Of a DNA stretch of 64,000 bases, positions 23,050 through 30,657 are shown piece after piece (position 1 is the first letter of the stretch; each line of letters begins with the position of its first letter). The notes beneath the pieces were generated by a model, which saw nothing but the letters and a program-made list of their open reading frames with translations, searched no databases and was not told the origin of the DNA. The translations under genes and the position numbers were made by a program. This DNA is from Cyanobacteria bacterium P01_A01_bin.123 (lineage in GTDB: Bacteria; Cyanobacteriota; Cyanobacteriia; Phormidesmidales; Phormidesmidaceae), in the NCBI GenBank assembly GCA_039815185.1, contig JBCBZT010000007.1, positions 1 to 64,000 on the forward strand, written 5' to 3'.

Positions 23050-23280
23050 AAGCTGTGGAAAAGTTGGGATTTTCTGTGGACAAGTGCTCAAATCCTTGGG
23101 GACAAATCGGCGATCGCCCGGGGAAAAATCATCCCCCCTCAAAACAAATGTGGAATAATCGCGATCTTTCTCACAAATTATCCACACCCCCCAATCAGGC
23201 CTCAATCCTTTTGAATCAAGGCATTTAGATCGTTCTCCCAATTTTCCACAGCCCCTACTACTCCTAATCTTTAAATATTC
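23050..23280. other. oriC: Probable chromosomal replication origin oriC
   Basis: DnaA boxes TGTGGAAAA (23054), TGTGGACAA (23075), TGGGGACAA (23097), TGTGGAATA (23149), TTATCCACA (23178), TTTTCCACA (23242). The last is followed by GCCC, CTA-CTA-CTC-CTA trios and an AT-rich run. Directly upstream of dnaN. Confidence 0.88.
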
Positions 23281-23523
23281 CTCTAAAGACGGAAGTCTAT
23301 AGACCGACCCAGTAAATCTTTTGATTGAATCGTCAAAACAAGGGTGTTAGGATTTGCTCTCATGGAAGGTACTGCACCTGAGCAGTTCCTTTGATTCAAT
23401 CGCTTCTCAATCAGAGCCGTTGCACAACCCGGTGTTATGCCTAGATGAAACCACAGGGTTAGTAATGCTTCTAAGTTTCCTTCCCCCAGTAACCATCAAC
23501 TAACCGTTGTCCGTGCCTCAGTT

Positions 23524-24669
23524 ATGAAATTTGTTTGCCCTCAGAGTGAACTCAACACCCACTTATCCCTCGTTAGCCGTGCTGTGCCATCGCGTCCTAG
23601 TAAGCCTGTACTAGCTAACGTACTTATCAATGTGGATGATAATGCCCAACAAGTCAGTTTGGTTGGCTTTGATGAAAGTCTGGGCATTACCACCCGATTT
23701 GCAGCAGCGGTTGAAATGGGCGGTACTTTGACTCTGCCAGCAAAATTGTTAGGAGATATTGTTGCCCGTTTACCCAATGAAGACATTGTGGTTGAAGCCA
23801 CCGAAGACGACACAACGGTTTCGCTCACCTGCTCTTCCGGGCATTATCAAGTCAGGGGATTAAGCGCAGAAGATTATCCAACCTTGCCGACGATTGACAA
23901 CGGCACGGTGGCTAATCTATCGGCAAATGCCTTGATTGAAGGTTTGCGGGGGTCGCTTTTTGCAGCTAGCTCAGATGAAACCAAGCAAGTTTTGACGGGC
24001 ATCCATCTCTTGGCAGCAGCAGATGCGTTAGAGTTTGCAGCCACAGATGGTCATCGGTTGGCGATGGTGCAAACCCAGGATAATGAGACAGAGGCTCCAG
24101 CAGAACCGACTGCGGAAGATATGAATGTCACTATCCCGGGCAAGGCGATGCGTGAACTGGAGCGGATTTTGCAAACCTATCCGGGAACTGAGGCGATCGC
24201 ATTGCAGTTTGATCAAACTCAAGTGGTATTCGAACTCGGCAATCAGCGAATCACGACCCGGTTATTGGAAGGTCAATACCCTAACTATCGCCAGTTGATT
24301 CCCCATAAATTTGAACGGCAAACCACTCTTGATCGCAAGCAGTTAACGGCTGCCCTAGAACGGATTGCGGTATTGGCAGATCAGAAGAACAATATTGTTA
24401 AATTGACGCTGGATAGCAGTGCCCAAACGCTGGCTGTATCTGTAGAAGCACAGGAAGTGGGCAGCGGTCGAGAAGAAGTTCCGGCTCAAATTACGGGGGA
24501 AGATTTAGAGATTGCCTTCAACGTGCGCTATTTACTCGATGGCCTCAAAGTTCTTCCTAGCTCTGAAGTGCAGTTGCAGTGTAATGCTGCGACTAGTCCA
24601 GCAATTTTGACGCCGCTAGGGGGATTTAAGATGACCTACCTGGTGATGCCCGTGCAAATCAGATCCTGA
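23524..24669 (+). CDS. dnaN: DNA polymerase III beta sliding clamp
   Basis: AATDGHRLA, RLLEGQYPNYRQLIP, IAFNVRYLLDGL, YLVMPVQIR. Confidence 0.98.
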   Translation: MKFVCPQSELNTHLSLVSRAVPSRPSKPVLANVLINVDDNAQQVSLVGFDESLGITTRFAAAVEMGGTLTLPAKLLGDIVARLPNEDIVVEATEDDTTVSLTCSSGHYQVRGLSAEDYPTLPTIDNGTVANLSANALIEGLRGSLFAASSDETKQVLTGIHLLAAADALEFAATDGHRLAMVQTQDNETEAPAEPTAEDMNVTIPGKAMRELERILQTYPGTEAIALQFDQTQVVFELGNQRITTRLLEGQYPNYRQLIPHKFERQTTLDRKQLTAALERIAVLADQKNNIVKLTLDSSAQTLAVSVEAQEVGSGREEVPAQITGEDLEIAFNVRYLLDGLKVLPSSEVQLQCNAATSPAILTPLGGFKMTYLVMPVQIRS

Positions 24670-24771
24670 TCAAATTGAATCCCAACTTAAACTTTATGAA
24701 AAGAAAAAAGGCCGGGATCTTGCCGTCAGAGATTTTTAGGGTTGGGCCAGCTAAACTGTAACTATATTTAC

Positions 24772-25194
24772 ATGTCTAAGACCATGAACGACCTTGGCAT
24801 GAGCGACCAAGTTGCCCATCCTTTAGTCTTATTTCGCAATCATCTAGAATTTTTAGGCTATAACGTCGAAGAAGCAACAGAAAACCTGGTGTGTCGCCAT
24901 ACCCGCAGACCTAATTTGATTCTAAAACCCATTTCTGATCGAGGGGTGCTAGTGAGTGCGTTATATACCTTGCATGAAGACCTAGATCGTCTAGAAGTCT
25001 TGGAATATACCAATGCGCTCAATCGCGCCCTAGTCTTTATGAAGGCACTGGTCGAAGAGGAAGAAGATTTAGTTTTAGAAACGTTTTTTGAAGGCCATTA
25101 CGATCGCACTAATTTTGCAATCTTGCTCGACAATGTCGATTATGATATGCGGACATTTTTGGACTCGGAGTCAACTCAAAAGTACGTGAGCTAA
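24772..25194 (+). CDS. YbjN-like / T3SS-chaperone-fold hypothetical protein (start uncertain)
   Basis: HLEFLGY, LEYTNALN..LVFMKA, FFEGHYDRTNF pattern. Confidence 0.6.
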   Translation: MSKTMNDLGMSDQVAHPLVLFRNHLEFLGYNVEEATENLVCRHTRRPNLILKPISDRGVLVSALYTLHEDLDRLEVLEYTNALNRALVFMKALVEEEEDLVLETFFEGHYDRTNFAILLDNVDYDMRTFLDSESTQKYVS

Positions 25195-25643
25195 TCAGTT
25201 GCTGCTTCAATCCGGAGGGTATAAAGAAAAGCAACCGTTAGCAGGGTATACGTCAACAGTACCCAAGGAAATAGGTTAACAATGAACCAGTGATGGGGAT
25301 GAGATGAAACCTCCATCAAAGTAGCTTGTAAGAACGAGTAGCAAATCTCCCCATCTTTGCTTTGGCAGGTTGCCGGACTAGTCAGAATGGTGAAGAGCTG
25401 AAAGATAAGCATAAAGTACAAAATAGGTTTTCGATATCGCACAAATCTAATCTGCTTCCGTTGAATTGTGAGAATGAAAAAGTAAAGTAATCCTAAGAGG
25501 TAAGCAGGCGCTACGCTGAACGCATAAAAAATGAAGGCAGTAATTGTATTTCCGACTATCCCATAAACAATGATGCTGGCTAGGCAATAAAAGATGAAGG
25601 CCAGTGAAAATTTCCAAAAATGAATTGAGTTTGAAAGTGCCAT
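25191..25643 (-). CDS. Hypothetical membrane protein (about 4 TM)
   Basis: 150-aa hydrophobic, AT-rich ORF. Confidence 0.65.
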   Translation of the reverse strand: MALSNSIHFWKFSLAFIFYCLASIIVYGIVGNTITAFIFYAFSVAPAYLLGLLYFFILTIQRKQIRFVRYRKPILYFMLIFQLFTILTSPATCQSKDGEICYSFLQATLMEVSSHPHHWFIVNLFPWVLLTYTLLTVAFLYTLRIEAATD

Positions 25644-25858
25644 TATTCCTTAAGCCACATCTGTATCCCAGGCGATAGCTTTCCCGTAGCTAGATACCAA
25701 GCTCTCTAAAGATGGGATTGAGTAATCTACAAATACGGCTTCAACGGATTGAGCAACAATTGCGGAATCTAGTTTGAGCGATTCAAGCAGGGCATTAATT
25801 GTGTGCGGCTGCTGATCTAAGTGATGCAAGATTTGGGTAGAGCATCAGTATTGATACT

Positions 25859-25931
25859 TGTCCTCAGGACTGTCCGATGTCGGACAAACTAAGGCATACT
25901 GTAAGTATGTCCTTAGGATTGTCCAGAGGAT
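25859..25931. repeat. Repeat array A: 12-bp units TGTCCnnAGGA(C/T) plus palindromes, ending 6 nt before the ATG of ORF 25938
   Basis: TGTCCTCAGGAC (25859), TGTCCGA-TG-TCGGACA (25871), CATACT-GTA-AGTATG (25895), TGTCCTTAGGAT (25908), TGTCCAGAGGAT (25920). Confidence 0.85.
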
Positions 25932-25937
25932 ACTCTC

Positions 25938-26498
25938 ATGAGTAGTGGAGACATCGATCGCATACCTGTTGCCCAGCTGCCGCAGCGATACAGCCTGGCA
26001 CGCAGTGCTGTGTATACGCGCATGGATGCACTCAAGATTAAGCCAGAGAGAGTGGGTAATCGCGCCTATGTCAATGCGGCTCAGGTGAAGCTACTTGATG
26101 AGCTGCACTATTTCATTCAGCGTGGGGGTAATACGGCAGAGTTCTTGGCGATGCGGGGTAAGCCGCCAGCCGCTAAACCACCAGTGGATGAATCTTCAGA
26201 CTTAACGATTACACCCGATAATCTGATGGGGCTGATTCGCGCGATCGCGTCTGAGTTGGCGAATCAATTCCAACCTGTATTGCCAGAAGCGGATCCGGTC
26301 TCTCATTTTGAAAAACTGGAACAGGCTGTTAAAAATGGCTGGTTGCTAAGCACGGCGGAGATTGCCAATTTACTAGATCTGTCGCCCTCTCAGTTTCAGC
26401 ATTACGATCATTTTCAAGATGCGGGCTTTGTCTTTACCCGTGCAGGCTATCGGATGGGGGGAGATTTGGCTTGGCGAGTATCTAAGATGCGGCGTTAG
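25938..26498 (+). CDS. Putative DNA-binding protein (N-terminal MerR/Xis-like winged HTH, second HTH-like C-terminal region)
   Basis: VAQLPQRYSLARSAVYTRMDALKIKPERVGNRAYV (helix-turn-helix plus wing); LLSTAEIANLLDLSPS. The fold call is by pattern only. Confidence 0.7.
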   Translation: MSSGDIDRIPVAQLPQRYSLARSAVYTRMDALKIKPERVGNRAYVNAAQVKLLDELHYFIQRGGNTAEFLAMRGKPPAAKPPVDESSDLTITPDNLMGLIRAIASELANQFQPVLPEADPVSHFEKLEQAVKNGWLLSTAEIANLLDLSPSQFQHYDHFQDAGFVFTRAGYRMGGDLAWRVSKMRR

Positions 26499-26587
26499 TG
26501 GGGGATAGTTGTGCTAACGATGTGATTGTGAGGGAAATTCCTGCGTTCCCAATTAATCAGATTTTGCGTTGCTAGGTCTCATCCCTT

Positions 26588-26878
26588 ATGATAGAAAAAA
26601 GCCAGCAGTTGCAGCTGCTGGCAGATCATTGGATCGAATTTAGCTTCTTTTTTAGCGTCGAGGGTGATGTTGGTGTTAGCACTGGCATCACCTTTGGTTT
26701 GGTGACGGACTGTCAGCCGCTCTGGCTTTTGTACGCCAGCAGGAACTCTACCCACCAGTGGAGGCGTTTTCCTTGGACCCTCCAGTCTTGTTGTTCTGAT
26801 TCTAACATGTCCGCAGGACAATCCGCAGGACAATCCTATGAAAGTTCCTCAGGATTATCCTTAGGACTGCTTGGATGA
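26588..26878 (+). CDS. Small hypothetical protein whose C-terminus runs through repeat array B
   Basis: 96-aa ATG ORF; tail SAGQ-SAGQ-SYES-SSGL-SLGL is encoded by the 12-bp repeats. Confidence 0.45.
   Translation: MIEKSQQLQLLADHWIEFSFFFSVEGDVGVSTGITFGLVTDCQPLWLLYASRNSTHQWRRFPWTLQSCCSDSNMSAGQSAGQSYESSSGLSLGLLG
26808..26867. repeat. Repeat array B: five tandem 12-bp units nnTCCnnAGGA(C/T)
   Basis: TGTCCGCAGGAC AATCCGCAGGAC AATCCTATGAAA GTTCCTCAGGAT TATCCTTAGGAC; overlaps the dinB stop codon. Confidence 0.88.
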
Positions 26879-27975
26879 GAAAAATCTTGGGGTACCATCT
26901 CGGGCATAAAAGGTAGTTCAAGTTGAATATAGGGCATGTCAGGTGGGTTGAGGTTGGCGATCGCGATACCCAGCAGCCGTACCTGTTGGGCTTGATTGAG
27001 ATGGGTCAGCAACAGCGATCGCGCCATGTCAAAGATTGCGGGGTTTTCGTAGATCGGTGTGGTGACTGTACGGCTGCGGGTGATTTGCTGATAATTGGCA
27101 TATTTGACCTTTAGGGTCAGAGTATACCCCCAGCGCTTCTGTCGTTCGAGTCGGGAGGCGACCTGTTGAGCAATGGTCTCCAGGGCATTAACCATGTCCT
27201 CCAGAGAGGACAGATCGGTGGAAAAGCTTTGCTCTGCACCGATAGATTTGCGAATCCGGTTAGGGTTCACGGGTCTGTTGTCCTGTCCTCTAGACATGCG
27301 GTAATAGTAGTGGCCGACTTTACCAAAGCGGGCAACCAAATCCCCTTCCTGCCAGTGCTTTAAATCTGCCCCGGTATGGATGCCTAAGGCTTTCAATTTA
27401 CGGGCGGTGACTTCGCCGACGCCATAGAATTTATCAATCGGTAATGCGGCAACAAAGGATTCAACTTGATCGGGGGCAATCAAATAGAGACCGTCGGGTT
27501 TGTCCATTGCTGAGGCAATTTTGGCCAGAAACTTATTCACTGAAACGCCGGCAGAGGCAGTGAGTTGGATTTCAGTGTGGATGGTTTGTTTGATCTCACG
27601 GGCGATCGCCATAGCAGATCCGATTCCCGGTTTGTTTTCAGTCACGTCTAGATAAGCTTCGTCTAGCGCCAACGGTTCGACTAAATCGGTGTATTGGAAG
27701 AAGATTTGCTGAATCTGTTGAGAGACGGTCTTGTACACATCAAACCGGGGTCTGGCAAAAATCAGTGTGGGGCACAGTTGAGCTGCGATGCGGGAGGGCA
27801 TTGCCGAATGGATGCCGTATTGGCGGGCTTCATAGCTTGCAGCTGCCACAGCCCCCCGTTTTTCGGGTCTACCTCCCACGACAATCGGTTTACCGCGATA
27901 ATCGGGGTGATCTCGCTGTTCTACTGAGGCATAGAACGCATCCATGTCGATGTGGATGATTTTGCGAACAGCCAT
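26836..27975 (-). CDS. dinB: DNA polymerase IV
   Basis: RKIIHIDMDAFYASVEQRD, ASYEAR, LALDEAYLD, NKFLAKIAS, RKSIGAE. Confidence 0.98.
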   Translation of the reverse strand: MAVRKIIHIDMDAFYASVEQRDHPDYRGKPIVVGGRPEKRGAVAAASYEARQYGIHSAMPSRIAAQLCPTLIFARPRFDVYKTVSQQIQQIFFQYTDLVEPLALDEAYLDVTENKPGIGSAMAIAREIKQTIHTEIQLTASAGVSVNKFLAKIASAMDKPDGLYLIAPDQVESFVAALPIDKFYGVGEVTARKLKALGIHTGADLKHWQEGDLVARFGKVGHYYYRMSRGQDNRPVNPNRIRKSIGAEQSFSTDLSSLEDMVNALETIAQQVASRLERQKRWGYTLTLKVKYANYQQITRSRTVTTPIYENPAIFDMARSLLLTHLNQAQQVRLLGIAIANLNPPDMPYIQLELPFMPEMVPQDFSHPSSPKDNPEELS

Positions 27976-28046
27976 AGGCCCAGATCAGGACAAACGTATC
28001 AAGCACATACTGATCCTAAACAAGGGAAATCAAGGGGAGTCTGCGA

Positions 28047-28709
28047 ATGGAAAAATTTATTGAATTTATCTTCGGCAGTTTGCTGGCGCTGTTTCCGATC
28101 GTGGATCCCATTGGCAGCGTTCCCATTTTTTTGATGTTGACAGCGACGGCCTCGGAGCGGGTCAGGCGTCAGTTTGCATGGCGTACAACCTTCAATGTCT
28201 TGGTCGTGCTGATTGTGTTTTTACTGGTGGGCGGCTGGATTCTCCGCTTTTTTGGTATTTCCCTAGAAGTCGTGAGAATTGCGGGCGGTATTGTGGTGTT
28301 CCATGCTGCGTGGCAAACCATGAATGCAAAGCCCAAGCTTTCGAATCAAGACAATCAGGTGGCAATTCACAGTATTGAGCAGCATGAAGATATTGCTTTT
28401 ATGCCCATGACGATTCCGATGTTGGCTGGGCCGGGGTCTATTGCGGTGACTTTAGGGATTTCGGCTCAGGCAGGGCGAGAGCTGTCTTTAGACACCACGA
28501 TGAATTTGGTTGCAGCCGCGATCGCGATCGCGATCCTCAGCCTGATCATTTATGTGTGTCTACGCTCGTCGTCGTATCTACTCAAGATTTTGAGCGAACG
28601 CGGCATTAGCGCTATGAGTCGCATTTTAGGATTGTTTATCTTAGCCATTGGGGTGCAGTTGATTCTCAATGGCATCGCCGATTGGTTATCGCTGATTGGT
28701 TTGATCTGA
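28047..28709 (+). CDS. MarC family membrane protein
   Basis: LFPIVDPIG, IAFMPMTIPMLAGPGSI, RILGLFILAIGVQ. Confidence 0.94.
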   Translation: MEKFIEFIFGSLLALFPIVDPIGSVPIFLMLTATASERVRRQFAWRTTFNVLVVLIVFLLVGGWILRFFGISLEVVRIAGGIVVFHAAWQTMNAKPKLSNQDNQVAIHSIEQHEDIAFMPMTIPMLAGPGSIAVTLGISAQAGRELSLDTTMNLVAAAIAIAILSLIIYVCLRSSSYLLKILSERGISAMSRILGLFILAIGVQLILNGIADWLSLIGLI

Positions 28710-28735
28710 TTGTTCTGGTCTGGGGGAGGTGATAG

Positions 28736-29104
28736 ATGACGTTGGGCTGTCGGGATGGCTTTGTAACGATTGCTGCGGATGATTTTGAGCATCTGGTGAT
28801 GTTTTACCAGCGCTTACTGGCGCGATCGCCGGAGGTTCTCATCCCCCAGGTTTATGCCGAATTTAAACTGCCTGGGGTGCGTCTGGGAATTTTTAAGCCC
28901 AAAGATAGTGAAGAATTTTCGGCCTCTGACAGAAGTGGGATGAGTTTGTGTTTGGAGGTGGCGGATTTAGAGGCTGCGATCGCCCACGCATCCCAAGTCA
29001 GTGGTGCGGTGTTGTCTAAAATGACGAGTGCGTCCCACGGTCGGGAACTTTACCTTTATGATCCGGTTGGGAATCGACTGATTTTACATCAATCGGTTCC
29101 ATAA
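28736..29104 (+). CDS. VOC / glyoxalase family protein
   Basis: FYQRLL, LCLEVADLEAAI, SHGRELYLYDPVGNRLILH. Confidence 0.88.
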   Translation: MTLGCRDGFVTIAADDFEHLVMFYQRLLARSPEVLIPQVYAEFKLPGVRLGIFKPKDSEEFSASDRSGMSLCLEVADLEAAIAHASQVSGAVLSKMTSASHGRELYLYDPVGNRLILHQSVP

Positions 29105-29113
29105 TTTTAGGGT

Positions 29114-29584
29114 TTAATCTGCTTCAAGTTTGCTCAGAAATGTGGTGATGTCTTGCTCTAGCTGAGGCAGTATAGCCTCCGCCAGCTTCAGGTTGATGAT
29201 GAGCTGCTCGTAATTGATGGGCACTTCATAGGCATGACGGAAAAAGTGACGGAATCCTCTGAGTCCATTTAGATGGGTGAACGTTTCCAATGAGATAACG
29301 GCAGGGCGGATACCGGGCACATCTTGCATCATGCGTTGTAAGAGAGCTGAGGGCCAACGAGCTGAATCTGAAATGTGGTTTTCAAAATGGGAGGCAATCA
29401 GTTTAAGTAAATCTTCAGCGGCGTTGTAAAAGTTGTGGAGTTGATAGGCAACGCTCTCTAATTGCACGATATCTTCGGCGGTTAATCCGTTCGCGCGATT
29501 TTCCAGGCGCTCTGAAATGCGTTGCAGGGTTGCGAACTGGGCTTTGAGATCGGTGACGAAGATTAACCGGGCGTTGCTGTCCAT
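29114..29584 (-). CDS. HEPN-domain RNase toxin (HepT-like)
   Basis: LHNFYNAAE and RGFRHFFRHAY (Rx4H motif); overlaps the MNT gene. Confidence 0.85.
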   Translation of the reverse strand: MDSNARLIFVTDLKAQFATLQRISERLENRANGLTAEDIVQLESVAYQLHNFYNAAEDLLKLIASHFENHISDSARWPSALLQRMMQDVPGIRPAVISLETFTHLNGLRGFRHFFRHAYEVPINYEQLIINLKLAEAILPQLEQDITTFLSKLEAD

Positions 29585-29928
29585 GCGATACCAGTCTCAT
29601 GAATGCGTTGCTGAAACGGGCACTTTGCAAGTTCGATCAAATCAACATCCCGTTCTAACCAAGTCGATAATACGCTGATAGCGACAAAATAGTGTTCGGG
29701 CTTGATCGAGTTGATAGCAATATCTACGTCAGAGCGTTCGTGAAAGTGACCGGGACGAGTCAGCGAGCCAAAAATCCAAGCATGGATGATGCCGTAGTCA
29801 ACGCCTTTTTCGTTGAGCCACTGCTGTACTTTTTGCAACACTAGCAGGCGCGCGTTTTCGTTGCGATCGCGTCGTTGTTGAATCAATCGATCAAGCAGGT
29901 CAGTTTTCATGTCAGGGATTGACTCCAT
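29563..29928 (-). CDS. Minimal nucleotidyltransferase (MNT) antitoxin
   Basis: IFGSLTRPGHFHERSDVDIAI (GS..DxD), RDVDLI. Confidence 0.9.
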   Translation of the reverse strand: MESIPDMKTDLLDRLIQQRRDRNENARLLVLQKVQQWLNEKGVDYGIIHAWIFGSLTRPGHFHERSDVDIAINSIKPEHYFVAISVLSTWLERDVDLIELAKCPFQQRIHETGIAWTATPG

Positions 29929-29939
29929 CTACTGCCATC

Positions 29940-30149
29940 CTAAACCTGATCTGGGTCAATCCCGAGTTCCCGTCATTTTGCCGCTAGCTTTTCAGCCTTT
30001 TGGTATGCGTGCTCTTGGGCTTGCCGTTCTTGCTCTGTATCGGTAAGGAACCAGTTACCGGCGCGATCGCACCATCGCAGCCAATCTCCAGGAATACCCT
30101 CAAAGTTCCCTGGTCAAAGTCCTAGCCCGAGTTCCAGTTCATCAAGCCA
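29940..30149 (-). pseudogene. C-terminal fragment of a Uma2-family protein with two in-frame stops
   Basis: WLDELELGLGL*PGNFEGIPGDWLRWCDRAGNWFLTDTEQERQAQEHAYQKAEKLAAK*RELGIDPDQV*. Confidence 0.82.
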
Positions 30150-30151
30150 GA

Positions 30152-30544
30152 TCAGTTGTTCGTTTGTCCCCATCTCCACTTTTTTGGGAGCTTACGGTCA
30201 ACGACCTTCACACCCGTAACTGCGATAATCCCATCAGCTAATTCCTGCGCCATGACGGGAATGAACCGTTCCATGTTGTTACGGTAGTTGGCTTTCCAAA
30301 ACTCAATCAATTTGGCTTTGGCGTCTTCATTCACAAGCACAGTTTTATCAGGCAAAATCAGCACCATAGCGACATGACCTGTGTTTTCTGTGACGGCAAA
30401 TACACAGTCTTCGCGATCAGCAATCAGCCCTTTGTGCCAGTAGTCGATGTGTTCCTGTAGTTCGTATTCATAGAGAGAATATTCCATCTTCTCTCCGTGG
30501 AGTAAGGCTGTACGGAGGCGGCTTTCAATTTGTTGCTTTTTCAT
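30152..30544 (-). CDS. Hypothetical protein
   Basis: ATG ORF MKKQQIESRL...; abuts the Uma2 remnant. Confidence 0.6.
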   Translation of the reverse strand: MKKQQIESRLRTALLHGEKMEYSLYEYELQEHIDYWHKGLIADREDCVFAVTENTGHVAMVLILPDKTVLVNEDAKAKLIEFWKANYRNNMERFIPVMAQELADGIIAVTGVKVVDRKLPKKWRWGQTNN

Positions 30545-30657
30545 CAGCACTTTTAACCGGGGGAGTTTGCTGCGTTTGTTATTGACAATGGTATCAATGT
30601 GGATGAAAAAAGCTAAGTGAGCGATCGCCCACCTAGCTTCATTAAACACACGAACGC

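Noticed and set aside
26808..26867. 12-bp repeats as a mini-CRISPR
   Set aside because: Units are contiguous, too short and have no spacers.
27976..28046. LexA box upstream of dinB
   Set aside because: No convincing match to the cyanobacterial RGTAC-N3-DGTWCB consensus.
28516..28535. Overlapping GCGATC runs as a special repeat
   Set aside because: Chained HIP1 sites encoding Ala-Ile repeats; HIP1 abundance is a known cyanobacterial trait.
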